This document shows, piece after piece, positions 1 to 11,200 of a stretch of 64,000 bases of DNA (position 1 is its first letter; every line of letters starts with the position of its first letter). The notes below the pieces were generated by a model. It was not told the origin of the DNA. It saw only the letters and a list, made by a program, of their open reading frames with translations, and ran no database searches. Origin of the DNA: Verrucomicrobiales bacterium. GTDB taxonomy: Bacteria > Verrucomicrobiota > Verrucomicrobiia > Verrucomicrobiales > SLCJ01. The stretch is taken from NCBI GenBank assembly GCA_046075565.1, contig JBJTQJ010000082.1:32001-96000 (forward strand), given 5' to 3'. A program made the translations under genes and the position numbers.

Positions 1-2
1 TC

Positions 3-530
3 ACGCGATGGAGCCGTGAGATCGCGTATCTGCCCCAGCGCGAGGATGTGGACTGGAGTTTCCCCATCACGGTCGAAGGTGTGGTGCGCATGGGCCGGTA
101 TCCCCAACTCGGCTGGTGGAAACCTTTCCGCGCCAGCGATGATGAAGCGGTGGAAAAAGCGCTCGCCACCATGGATCTGCTGGATCTGCGGCGACGGCAG
201 ATCCGCGCGCTCAGCGGCGGTCAACAACAACGTGTCTTCCTCGCACGCGCCCTCTCCCAAGAGGCACATGTTCTCTTGTTAGACGAACCATTCACCGGTC
301 TCGATCGGCCTTCGCGCCAGGCGCTCGCCGGACAATTGCGGCAACTCGCTTCCGAAGGTCGCCTAATCATGGCCTCCCATCACGATCTGGCTTCAGTGGG
401 TGATATTTTCGATGAGGTGTTGTTCGTCCGCCGACAACCGGTGGCTTTTGGTGAAGTCGAAACCACCTTCACTCAGGCGAATATCGAAGCCACCTTCGGA
501 CCCGGCGGTGGAGGAAAGGAGGTCGCCTGA
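3..530 (+). CDS. Metal (Zn/Mn) ABC transporter ATP-binding subunit, 5'-truncated by window edge
   Basis: Frame is open from base 3 (AYLPQREDVDWSFP). Contains LSGGQQQR signature, LLLDEP Walker B and H-loop (SHHDL); stop overlaps permease start. Confidence 0.92.
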   Translation, partial: TRWSREIAYLPQREDVDWSFPITVEGVVRMGRYPQLGWWKPFRASDDEAVEKALATMDLLDLRRRQIRALSGGQQQRVFLARALSQEAHVLLLDEPFTGLDRPSRQALAGQLRQLASEGRLIMASHHDLASVGDIFDEVLFVRRQPVAFGEVETTFTQANIEATFGPGGGGKEVA

Positions 531-1375
531 TGGACTGGTTGAATGAAGCGCTCGCCTTCCCGCCGAACCAGCGCGCCCTGCTCGCCGCGCTCCTGATCGG
601 CGGCACCAATGGATACGCCAGCGCGTTTGTCGTGCTGCGCAAGTCCGCCCTCAAAATCGGCTCTCTCTCGCATGCGCTCTTGCCCGGCATCGCGGTCGCC
701 ATCCTCATCGCCGGCCTTGGGGACGGTGTCACTTTCCTTGGCGCCCTGTTCGCGGCCCTCATCATCGGGCTTGGTTCCCTCGCGGTCTCACGCGGCTCGC
801 GCCTCGACCAGGATTCCGCCCTCGCCATCCTCTACACCGCCGCGTTCAGCGGTGGCATCATCCTACTCCGCCGCCTGGGCGTGACCCAAGAAATGGACGC
901 ATGGCTTTTCGGCAACATCATGGGCCTGCGCGACACCGACCTCTGGACAAACTGGGGCATCTCTCTCGTCGCCCTTGGCCTGCTCACCGCTTTGCACCGT
1001 CCTTTGCTCATGACCATGTTTGATCCCGACGTGGCCGCGACGCTCGGGGTCCCGGTGCGCGCGTTGAATTACCTGCTCTTCGCGGTTCTCATCGTCGTGC
1101 TCGTTTCATCGTTGCAGGCGGTCGGCTGCATGCTCGCGCTCGGCCTCATGGTCACGCCCGCCGCCATCGTTTATCTGCTCACTGATTCCACCAATGCCCT
1201 CTTCTGGGGCGGTGCATTGATTGGCGCCCTCGGATCCGCCGCCGCCGTCCTGATCGGTTGGTGGCTCAACATCGAACAAGGCCCGGCCATCGTGCTGCTG
1301 CTCGGGTTGCTCTTTGTCACCGCCTTAATCTTCAGCCCGCGTTACGGACTCCTCCGCACCCGCGCTGCCCAATAA
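530..1375 (+). CDS. Metal ABC transporter permease (ZnuB/MntC, ABC-3 family)
   Basis: Multi-TM protein with SHALLPG, LFGNI and FDPDVA motifs typical of ABC-3 permeases. Confidence 0.92.
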   Translation: MDWLNEALAFPPNQRALLAALLIGGTNGYASAFVVLRKSALKIGSLSHALLPGIAVAILIAGLGDGVTFLGALFAALIIGLGSLAVSRGSRLDQDSALAILYTAAFSGGIILLRRLGVTQEMDAWLFGNIMGLRDTDLWTNWGISLVALGLLTALHRPLLMTMFDPDVAATLGVPVRALNYLLFAVLIVVLVSSLQAVGCMLALGLMVTPAAIVYLLTDSTNALFWGGALIGALGSAAAVLIGWWLNIEQGPAIVLLLGLLFVTALIFSPRYGLLRTRAAQ

Positions 1376-1434
1376 AAAACACCCATGAACCATCGTCCCT
1401 CCTGAAATTCACCACTATCACAAACAAACAAACC

Positions 1435-2757
1435 ATGAAACACCGCCCATCCCTGTTCCTTGCTGCTCTGGCCGCACTCACGCCCGCGATTTCGATCGCC
1501 GGAACCCAACCCGCTCCAGCAGCCCCTGCCGAACCGCCCATATCGGATTGGGAAAAATTCAACAATTGGAATATCGGAGGAGTGCTCTTTCCGAACGTCC
1601 ACATGCACGGCATCGGCGGATGGTCGACCGACGAACCGGAAGATCTTGCCACCGGCGGCCATGATCCCCGCCGCGAAGCCTTCTCCGCCCAAGCCATCGA
1701 ACCGGGGATTTCCCTGCGCACCAAATACCTCGAAGGATTCGTCAACGGCATCTTTTTCCAAGATGGCGAAGGGGAATGGGACAGCGAGTTGGAAGAAGCA
1801 TTTGGAAAGATCACCAATCTGCCCGGTGGATTCGAAATCAAAGGCGGCCAGTTCCTTTCCCGCTTCGGCATCCAGAATGCCACCCACCTCCATGCGTGGG
1901 ATTTCGTGGATTCGGAAATCGTGAACAGCCGGTTCCTCGGTGAACACGGTATCCTCCTGCGTGGAGCCGAGGTCTCCTGGACTTTGCCTCTGGGCACGGA
2001 TCCCGGGTTTGTCTCCATCGCCAGCGTCGGTTACGGCGAGGCCCGGCCGCATGAGCATGATCACGACCACGGTGGTCACGACCATGAACACGAGGAAGAA
2101 GCACCCTTTGAAGGCGAGGAAGCGACCCTCGATCAAAACATCTGGACGGCCCGACTGATGGGACGCTACCGCCCGTCCGATTTCCACCAGTTCACTGGTG
2201 GTGTGTCGTGGGCCGGCGGAGACAACTCCTTCGGACGTTCCACCGATGTGGCCGGAGTCGATTTCGAATATCTCTGGCGTGAAAATGGTCTGGAAGCCGG
2301 AGGTCGCGCCCTGCGCTGGCGCAACGAGGTCCTTTGGCGTCGGGTCGGCGCGTTCTCATCCGGAGAACACGATCACGGCCACGAAGAGGAACATCATGAT
2401 CACGATGAAGAAGATCACGGTCATGAAGAGGACCACCATGATCACGGGGAAGAAGACCACGGCTCTGAATCCATGTCCGGCACCTACGAGGAACTCGGAC
2501 TTTATTCCACCCTCGTTTACACATGGAATCCCCGCCTCGACACCGGGCTGCGTGTTGGTTGGGTGGAGGGTATCGAAGACTTCGGCGAAGACGAGCGCCT
2601 GCGCATCTCCCCGAATATTTCCTATTGGTTCGACGATGGCCGCCGCATCGGTGCCCGCGTCCAATACAACTACGATAACATTTCCGGAGCTGAGGACGAA
2701 CACTCCGTCTGGTTCCAACTCAATATCGCCCTCGGTTCGATTAACGAGGTGCGTTGA
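1435..2757 (+). CDS. His-rich outer-membrane beta-barrel protein, putative Zn/metal uptake porin/receptor
   Basis: ATG at 1435 gives a signal peptide (MKHRPSLFLAALAAL). Amphipathic beta-strands, an HLHAWDF motif and two H/D/E-rich loops; follows metal ABC genes. Confidence 0.75.
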   Translation: MKHRPSLFLAALAALTPAISIAGTQPAPAAPAEPPISDWEKFNNWNIGGVLFPNVHMHGIGGWSTDEPEDLATGGHDPRREAFSAQAIEPGISLRTKYLEGFVNGIFFQDGEGEWDSELEEAFGKITNLPGGFEIKGGQFLSRFGIQNATHLHAWDFVDSEIVNSRFLGEHGILLRGAEVSWTLPLGTDPGFVSIASVGYGEARPHEHDHDHGGHDHEHEEEAPFEGEEATLDQNIWTARLMGRYRPSDFHQFTGGVSWAGGDNSFGRSTDVAGVDFEYLWRENGLEAGGRALRWRNEVLWRRVGAFSSGEHDHGHEEEHHDHDEEDHGHEEDHHDHGEEDHGSESMSGTYEELGLYSTLVYTWNPRLDTGLRVGWVEGIEDFGEDERLRISPNISYWFDDGRRIGARVQYNYDNISGAEDEHSVWFQLNIALGSINEVR

Positions 2758-2782
2758 GACCGCAAGCGCTTGAGACCGAACC

Positions 2783-2810
2783 CGGAGCAAGATCGTCCGA
2801 TCTTGCTCCG
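2783..2810. repeat. Perfect palindrome CGGAGCAAGATCG-TC-CGATCTTGCTCCG (GGAG-type REP; possible terminator between convergent genes)
   Basis: 13-bp perfect stem; resembles the GTAGCAAGACCG..CGGTCTTGC REP at 20297. Confidence 0.7.
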
Positions 2811-2903
2811 TAAAGGATCAATGTCCCGACACGGATCCAACCATCCATCTGACCCTCCCGGACAAACTGCCCAAAAAGACTTTTCCGAGCCGATCGCTTC
2901 GCT

Positions 2904-4145
2904 TCAAGACCCGCTTCGCACCACATCTTCCGAAACACCTCTTAAGGCGAAGACGCGCAAGATGGTGGCTTCGATGAGGTTGTTCGGGCAAGAGGCTCCG
3001 GCGGTGATGCCGACGGCGATCGGCCCATCACCGAGCAACTTCTCGCTGTAGCTGGTTTTTTCGCTCTTGGAGTGCAGATCGAAGTGGATGATTTCCTCCA
3101 GCGAGCGCAGGCAGGTGGCGTCGTGGATGAAGAAGGTCGGCAGGTGTTCCTCGGCGATTTCGACGAGGTGGGTGGTGTTCGAGCTGTTGTAGCCGCCGAC
3201 GACCAGCATGACCTCCATGGGCTCCTTGAGCATGCCGAAGAGAGCATCCTGGCGCTCCTGGGTCGCCCCGCAGATGGTGTCGAACATGCGGAAATTCTCC
3301 GCGTTGCCTTGGTCGCGATCCGCGATGGCGGCTTCAACCCGGCGCTGCAGTTCTTCGGTTTCCGACTTCAGCATGGTGGTCTGGTTGGCCACACCGACTC
3401 GTTTGAGATGCAGATCCGGATCGAAGCCCTCGGAGATGGCGTGCTGGAAACGCTTGAGGAAAGCCTCCCGATCGCCGCCATGACGGATGTAATCACATAC
3501 GGCATCACATTCGGCCAGGTTGAGTGCGATGATGTAGTGCCCATCCCCTTTTTCGCCGAGGGCGCGGGAAGCGGTAGCGCGGGTTTCCTCGTGCCCGGCC
3601 TTGCCATGAATGATGGAAGTGAATCCTTCCTTGGCGTAGCCGCGCACGCGCCGCCATACGCTCATCACGTCGCCGCAGGTTGTATCCACGACTTTGCACC
3701 CGCGTTCCTCGATCTTCGACATGTATTCGACCGGCGCTCCGAAGGCCGGCACGATCACCACATCGTCTTCGGTTAGATCGTCGTATTCGGCGGTCAGCTC
3801 GCGCCATTCGAGGCGGCGGATGCCCATACTCTCAATCTGGCGGTTCACTTCCGGGTTATGGATGATTTCCCCGATGAGAAAGATCCGGTTTTCCCGAAAG
3901 ACGCGCCGGGAGGCATAAGCGAGATCGATGGCGCGTTCGACGCCGTAACAAAAGCCGAATTGCTGGGCGAGCAGAATGGTCGTGTTGCCGATGGTCAGCC
4001 GGCCACCGGAGGAACGGATCTTTTCCACCACCGAGCTGCGATAGTGGTTTTCCACTTCGGCCGTAACCAACGACATCACTTCCGGTCGGCGGACATTGAC
4101 TTTCCGCGACTTGGGAGCGGGCGTGGCGGGGGCGGGAGAATCCAT
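2904..4145 (-). CDS. ispH: 4-hydroxy-3-methylbut-2-enyl diphosphate reductase
   Basis: FGFCYGVERA, IIHNPEV, DTTC, HEET, NQTT, DTICGATQERQ, SSNT and TAGASCP motifs. Confidence 0.97.
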   Translation of the reverse strand: MDSPAPATPAPKSRKVNVRRPEVMSLVTAEVENHYRSSVVEKIRSSGGRLTIGNTTILLAQQFGFCYGVERAIDLAYASRRVFRENRIFLIGEIIHNPEVNRQIESMGIRRLEWRELTAEYDDLTEDDVVIVPAFGAPVEYMSKIEERGCKVVDTTCGDVMSVWRRVRGYAKEGFTSIIHGKAGHEETRATASRALGEKGDGHYIIALNLAECDAVCDYIRHGGDREAFLKRFQHAISEGFDPDLHLKRVGVANQTTMLKSETEELQRRVEAAIADRDQGNAENFRMFDTICGATQERQDALFGMLKEPMEVMLVVGGYNSSNTTHLVEIAEEHLPTFFIHDATCLRSLEEIIHFDLHSKSEKTSYSEKLLGDGPIAVGITAGASCPNNLIEATILRVFALRGVSEDVVRSGS

Positions 4146-4165
4146 GACGGGGCACGATACGTCGC

Positions 4166-4831
4166 TCAATCGACAAACAGCGGGCCTTCCGTGCCCAGAT
4201 TGAACATCTTGTCGGTCAGCAGGATGTTCGGCGGGAACTCGGGGTCGTTGTAATCCTGCGGACGCGGGAGGTTTTTCCCGATGGTGGCATCTTCCGGTTG
4301 GGTGCGGGCGACGTTAAGAGGCGTGCCCTCCCTTACCAAGGCGAAGAAACTCGGCGCGACATTGAAGTGGATGCGGACGCAACCATGGCTCTTCGGATAG
4401 GGCCAGACCCAGCCGGCATGGATTCCATAGGCGGGTTTGAATTCGCACCAATACCCCATCGGATAACCGACGTAGCGTTCGCCCGCGGTGCGACTGCCGG
4501 GGGCTCCGCCCCGGACGGAGCCGGTCTTGTCATTCACGAGGAAGCCCTGGGTGAATTTACGGCGCTGTTTCTGCTTCGAGTAAATGGTGAAATTCCCCAT
4601 GGGCGTCGGCGTCGAGGGCGGGCCGACCGTGCAGGCGGTGACAAGGAGCGGCTTGTCGCCCTCCATCACGTAGATGGCCTGGTTCGAGGTGCTGATTTTG
4701 ACGCGCACGGCCGAGGGGTTGGTCGGGCGTTTGGCCGGACTGTCGAAATTCCCGCGCGGACCGGTGGTCTGGCAGGAAACAAGGAGCAGGCCGCCAACGG
4801 CCGCCATCAGGATTCGAAGGGGGAAATTCAT
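4166..4831 (-). CDS. L,D-transpeptidase family lipoprotein (YkuD domain)
   Basis: Lipobox LLVSC, TPMGNF, and YGIHAG...SHGCVR catalytic motif. Confidence 0.9.
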   Translation of the reverse strand: MNFPLRILMAAVGGLLLVSCQTTGPRGNFDSPAKRPTNPSAVRVKISTSNQAIYVMEGDKPLLVTACTVGPPSTPTPMGNFTIYSKQKQRRKFTQGFLVNDKTGSVRGGAPGSRTAGERYVGYPMGYWCEFKPAYGIHAGWVWPYPKSHGCVRIHFNVAPSFFALVREGTPLNVARTQPEDATIGKNLPRPQDYNDPEFPPNILLTDKMFNLGTEGPLFVD

Positions 4832-5001
4832 GGCCGCCACTATTACCATGGTCCCGCCGTCCGGTCAGGCAAAATTTTCTTTTTCCCGTGCCCGCAGGGT
4901 GTTCCTCATCGGATGAGGAAATTCACGGCAAATTCTTGAGACGAGGTGCGCCGTTGTGGCCAAAGCTCCGGCAGCCGGATGCGACGGTGATGCTAAATCC
5001 C

Positions 5002-5095
5002 AAAAAGCGCCGTCGCTGCCGGCGCAGTCCAAAACAGCCACTGCTCAAGCTCAAGTGTGGAGTGCGGTGGCACGCGAAGCACGACACCGCTTTGG
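5002..5095. repeat. REP-like pair (AAAGCG..CGCAGTCCAAA / TGGAGTGCGGTG..CACCGCTTTGG)
   Basis: Two related hairpins in opposite orientation; a third copy CAAAGCGGTGG-AGGAA-CCACCGCAGTCCA lies at 15683-15711. Confidence 0.65.
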
Positions 5096-5273
5096 CGGAG
5101 GACGCCCCATCCCAGAAAGCGCGATCTCAGCCGGGGAAGTCCAACACCGCCAAGGCCCAAGCGCAGGTGGGGGAGCACGAAAATTCCCGGTTTCCGGGTG
5201 CCTGCCGAAAATTTTCGTCACATTTGGCACTGGCAAAGTCAACGACATTCTGGAATAACTGGGAAACACTGCC

Positions 5274-8200
5274 ATGAAACTTATCCGCCGCCTCCGCGCG
5301 TTGCTCCTGCCCGTCGTCATTTTTGCCGTCATGACCACTCCAAATTCGCCCGCCGCCCCCCGCGATGCCGATTGGAAAAAAGTCGAGGAGGCCATGTCGA
5401 ATGACCAACCGAAAACCGTCATTGAACTGCTAGGTGGCATCGAAGCCGCCGCCATTGCTGACAAGTCCTGGGGCGAAACCGCCAAGTCCATCGTCATGCG
5501 GATCGGCCTCGGCGGGCGCGTCGAAGGCGGCCCGCAGGCCGCGCTCAAGACCATGGACGCCGAACTCGCCAAGGCCCCCGAGGAGGTGAAGCCCATCCTC
5601 AAGGTCATCCAGGCCCATTGGTATCATTCCTACTTCATGCAGAACCGCTGGCGTTTCGCGCAACGTAGCGCCACCTCCCAGCCTCCCGGCGACGACATCG
5701 AAACCTGGGATCTGCCGCGTATCCTCGGCGAAGTGGACAACCGATTCCAGGCCGCCCTCGAAGGAAAAGACGCCATCCGCTCCCAGCCCATCGGCTTGTT
5801 CAAAGAGGTCCTTTCCGCCGCCGCCCTCGGCGATACCGTTCGCCCGACGCTTTATGATTTCATCGCGCACCAGGCCATTGAATTCTATTCCATGGAAGAG
5901 GTCGCGGCTTCCCGCCCGCAGGATGCCTTTCGCATCGCGGCCACGGATCCGGTTTTCGGCTCGGTCGATGAATTCCTCGCTTGGAAACCGGAAACGAAGG
6001 ACACGACCGCGCCAGCCTACCGCGCGTTGATGATTTACAAGGAGTTGTTAGAATGGCACCGGAACGACGCCGAACGCGCCGCCTTCTTCCACTGTGACCT
6101 CGAGCGCATCCGCTGGGCGAGTGAAGCAGCGATCGGTCAGGAAAAAGCCGCCCGCCGCGAGGCTGCCATGCGCGCCTTCATCGAAACAGCCGCCAAAGAT
6201 CCATCAAGCGCCGACGCGCGCTTCGATCTGGCGACGCTCCTCGCCGAAGCCGTAAAATACAAGGACGCCCGCGACATCGCCAAAGCCGGAGCGGACGCAT
6301 TTCCAAAACATCTCTTCGGCCAACGCCTCGCCAGCTTCGTGGCCGAAACCGAGGCGCCATCGCTCGATCTGCAGCTTGAATCCACCTGGACCCCGGCAGG
6401 TTCGCCCATCAAGGTCGACTACCGCAATCTCTCCCGCGTTTACTTCCGCGCTTACCCGCGCAAATGGAGCTTGGGCAAGAACACCATCGACAGCGATCCC
6501 GGACCAGAGGAGCAAAAGGAAGTCGCTGCTCTGGTCAAAGAAAAACCGGTGATTTCCTGGGATGTTCCCTTGCCCGATGCTGGGGATTTCCGCCCGCGGG
6601 TGGCGAATCTCGTCGCGCCTGAAAGCCTCAGGCCCGGGTTCTACTGGATTGTCGCAAGCGGCCGTGAAAATTTTGCCACCAACCAAAACCATCTCTCCGT
6701 CGCGACCGTGCATGTGACCGACCTCGCGATGATCGTTCGTTATGCGCACGGATCCAAGATCATTGAAGGTGTCCTGACCAATGCGGTCACCGGAGATCCG
6801 GTTTCCGGCGTCGAAGTGACCATGGACTACGAACGCAACCGCCTGCCGGGCGTGAGCAAAGAGGCGACCCGCACCGGCGAGGATGGTGTCTTCAGTTTCA
6901 AAGTCGGGAAGGAACACAGCAAGAGAATCTTTCTTGCCGAACGCGAGGGCAACCGCGCCATCGTCCGCCAATACGCCGGATCCGATGAAGGGCGCGAGCC
7001 GCCGGACACCCGCGACGCCATCGTCTTTTTCACCGATCGCGCGATCTATCGTCCCGGCCAAACGATTCAATTCAAAGGCATCTGGTGCCGCACGAACACG
7101 AAGACCAATGAATATTCGACCGTCGCCCGTGCCAACACGACCGTGAGCTTCATGGACATGAACGGACGCGAGGTGGAAAAACTCGAGGTCACCGCCAATG
7201 AAAATGGATCGTTCGCCGGATCATTCACCGCGCCCTCCGGAGCTGTGCTCGGGCATTTCACCATCCGAACCCCGCACGGCGCGACCGGAGTGCGCGTCGA
7301 GGAATACAAACGCCCGAAGTTCGCTTCGGAAATCCTCCCGCCCGAACAGCAGGCCTCCCTCGGCCAGAAGGTCACGGTCAAAGCCAAGGCCACCGCTTAC
7401 ACCGGGGCCGCGGTTGATGGCGCGAAAGTCGTCTGGCGGGTGAGCCGCCAGCCCCGTTGGCCCGGTTGGATTGGCTGCTGCTGGTGGTTCCGCATGCCCG
7501 CGGATACAGGGGCGCAGGAAATCGCCAATGGCGAAGGCGTGACCGCCGCCGATGGCACATTCGCCATTCCCTTTGATGCCCTGCCCGACAAGAGCATCGA
7601 TCCCGCCTCCGAACCGATCTTCGATTTCTCGATCACCGCCGACATCACCGACCAAGCCGGTGAAACCCGCTCGGCCACCTACTCGCTCTCCCTCGCCTAT
7701 ACCGCGCTCACAGCCGACATTGTCCCGCCACAATGGATCGAAGCCGGAAAAGAATTCCCGCTCGAAGTGATGACCTCATCCCACAACGGCCAACCATTGC
7801 CCGCCGATGGTGTGCTGCGTGTGCATCGTCTCAAAGAGCCGTCCGTCACCCCGCGGCCAAATCCCTTTGCCGATGACGGTGCCCCTGAACCGCTGCCCAT
7901 TGATGGAGCGCAACCCGCCGGCGACGAAGATGCCCAACCCGAATCGGCCAATCCCGATCGCTGGGAACTCGGCGATATCGTGGCCGACGCCAAGGTGACC
8001 ACCGCCGCCGAAGGCGACAACAAGGGCTCGGGCGAAGCCAAGTTCACTCTCCAGCCCGGATACTACCGCGCCATTTTCCAAACGAAGGATGCCAATGGCC
8101 GCGACGTGCAGGCCATGTCCGGATTCCAGATCGTCGCTCTCGATGCCACCAACTTCCCGACCAACATTCCCTTCCACACCGACTCGCTCTCTGAACAACT

Positions 8201-11200
8201 CGAACCCGGTGAAACCTTCACCTTCGTCTGGGGCAGCGGCTTTGAAAAGGCCCGCGCCCTCATCGAGTGGTATAAGGATGGGAAGCTGCTCCAGCGCGAG
8301 TGGTCCGCGCCCGGCCGCACCCAGCAAAGCTTCTCGCGTAAGGTCACCGAAGAAGACCGCGGCGGTTTCAGCGTACGGGTGACGCAAATGACCATGAACA
8401 GTCTGCAAACGAGGGTCATCCGCGCCTCGGTGCCCTGGACAACCAAGGAACTCAAGCTGCGCTGGGAACACATTACCGACAAACTCCAGCCCGGAGCCAA
8501 AGATACCTGGACCGCTATCATCACCGGAGCCGATGGCGAAGCCGCCGTTGCCGAGATGGTCGCCACCCTCTACGACGCCTCTCTCGAGGCTTTTGCCCCC
8601 CATTCTTTTTCGAGCATCTCCGGCATGTTCCGTATCGATCCGTGGATTTACGATCAAAGCCGGTTCTCCTCCGATACCGGTTCGTTCACGGACTTCTTCG
8701 GATGGGACGTGGAGACGCATGACGAGCCGGATGACCCCCTCTACCGCGAGTTCTCCGATGAAATCGAGATCTTCGGCCGGCAGTTCGCTTATGGCGGCGC
8801 AGGGGGCATGAGGATGGATAAAAGCAGAAACGGAGGCCGCGGCATGGCCCTTGGCGGCGGTGTCGCGGAAATGGACGGATTCGCCGCTCCCACTCCCGCT
8901 GCCGCCATGATGGCTGATGCCAGCGTCGAGCCCCTTGGAGGAGGCGAGAGCAGAAGCGCCGAAGCGAAGGCGGAAAACGAGCCCGCCGACGCCTTCGCTG
9001 GCGGCGGTGGTGCGCCGAAGGCCGACACCTCCAAGGTCGCCGCCCGCAAGAACCTCCAGGAGACCGCTTTCTTCTTCCCGCAGCTCACCAGCAACGACAA
9101 AGGCGAAGTGCGCATGAGCTTCACCATGCCCGAGGCGTTGACGGAATGGAAGTTCCTCGGCTTCGCCCATGATGCCCGCATGCGCTCCGGCTGGCTCGAA
9201 GGAAAAACCGTGACCGCCAAAGACCTCATGGTCCAACCAAACCCGCCGCGTTTCCTGCGCGAGGGCGACGAAATCGAATTCAGCGTGCGCATCACGAACC
9301 TCAGCGACAAGCCCCAGTCGGGCACCGCCACCTTCACGCTGGCCGACGGCGCCACCCTCGCTGATGCCACTGCCCGCCTCGGCATCACCTCGCCGGATCA
9401 AAACTTCGAAGTCCCGGCCAAGGAATCGCGCGCCCTTTCCTGGAAAATCACCGTGCCCGATGGGGCCGGGTTCCTCCAATACAAGGCCGTGGCCACCACG
9501 GGCGATCTCTACGACGGAGAACAAGGATGGTTGCCGATCATCCCGCGCCGCATCCTCGTCACCGAATCGCTCGCCCTGCCGGTGCGCGGAGCCGGGGAAA
9601 AGAAATTCTCCTTCGACAAACTGCGCGCGAGCGGACAATCCGACTCGCTGCAAACGCAGTTCCTCCATGTGCAGGCAGTTTCCCAGCCGGCTTGGTATGC
9701 CGTGCTTTCGTTGCCCTACCTCATGGAGTTTCCCCACGAGTGCGCGGAACAAACCTTCCATCGTTACTACGCGAATGCCCTCGCCCGCCATATCGCGCTC
9801 TCTGATCCGAAGATCCGCACCATCTTCGAACAGTGGAAAGGCACCGAGGCCCTCGATAGTCCGCTGCTGAAAAACGAAGATCTCAAAGGCATCCTCATCG
9901 AAGAAACACCGTGGTTGCGCGAAGCCAAGGATCAATCGGCCGCCCGCCGCCGCATCGCCCTGCTCTTCGACGAAAACCACATGGCCGACCAGCTCGGGCG
10001 CGCCCTCGAACGCCTCAACCAGATGCAGTATCACAACGGGCTATTCCCGTGGTTCGACGGAGGACGCGGCAACGAGTTCATCACCCTGAATATCGTGACC
10101 GGCTTCGCCCGCCTGCGCGCCCTCGGCGTGGAAACCGACATCACCCCCGCGCTCAAGGCCTTGGGTGCCCTCGACAACGCCCTCACCGAGCGCTACCGCG
10201 AGCTGAAGAAGGCAAAAGCGCTGGACGGCAACAACCTCGACCCCTGGATTGCCCACCACCTCTACACCCGCACCTTCTTCCTCAAGGACGTCGCCTTGCA
10301 ACCCGGCAACAAGGAAGCCTTCGATTATTTCAAAGGCCAAGCCGTCAAACATTGGGCCAGCCTCAACAGCCGTATGGCGCGCGCCCACGTCGGCCTCGGG
10401 CTGCACCGTCTCGGCGAAACCACCACCGCCAAACTCATCACCCGCTCGTTCCGCGAGAATGCCGTCAGCAACGAGGAGATGGGCATGTGGTGGAAAGACA
10501 ACGAAGGCGAAGGCTGGTGGTGGTGGAATGCCCCCATCGAAACCCAGGCCATGATGGTCGAGGCCTTCCGCGAAATCGACGCCGACGACAAAGCCGTCGA
10601 AGACTGCCAAGTCTGGTTGATCAAACAGAAACAAGTGCAGGACTGGAAAACGACCAAGGCAACCTCCGATGCGGTCTATGCCTTGTTGTTAGGCGGAAAG
10701 AACCTGCTCGGCTCCGATGCCCTCATCCAAATCAGCCTCGGCACCCTCGAAGTGAAACCCGGCAAAGTCGAACCCGGCACCGGCATGTTTGAAGTCCGCT
10801 TCCCCGGACCGGAGGTGAAACCCGAATTCGGCGACATCACCGTGCGCAAAAAAGACGAAGGCGTATCCTGGGCCAGCGTGCACTGGCAATACCTCGAAGA
10901 CATGGCCAAGGTGACCGCCCACAATGCCACCCCGCTCAAACTGGAGAAGGCGCTCTTCCTCAAGAAAAACACCGCCCGCGGACAAGAACTCGTCCCGCTC
11001 GACGGACCGGTGAAAGTCGGCGACGAACTCGTCACCCGTCTCGTGCTGAAAAATGATCGCGCCATGGAATTCCTCCATCTCAAGGACTACCGCGGCAGCG
11101 GCACCGAGCCGGTGAATGTGCTCAGCGGCTACCGCTGGCAGGATGGCTTCGGGTATTACGAAGTCACCCGCGACACGGCCAGCCATTTCTTCATCGACTA

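Noticed and set aside
4888-5277. ORFs spanning intergenic repeat regions (also 15538-15885, 20160-20852, 30306-30853, 41268-41774, 54978-55318)
   Set aside because: They are translations of REP or tandem-array DNA, recur with similar peptides at each repeat copy, and lack protein-like composition.
7776-10034. 752-aa antisense ORF (and similar ones at 59707-61743, 55391-56743, 28179-29543)
   Set aside because: Shadow ORFs opposite well-supported genes, expected in high-GC DNA; no recognisable motifs.
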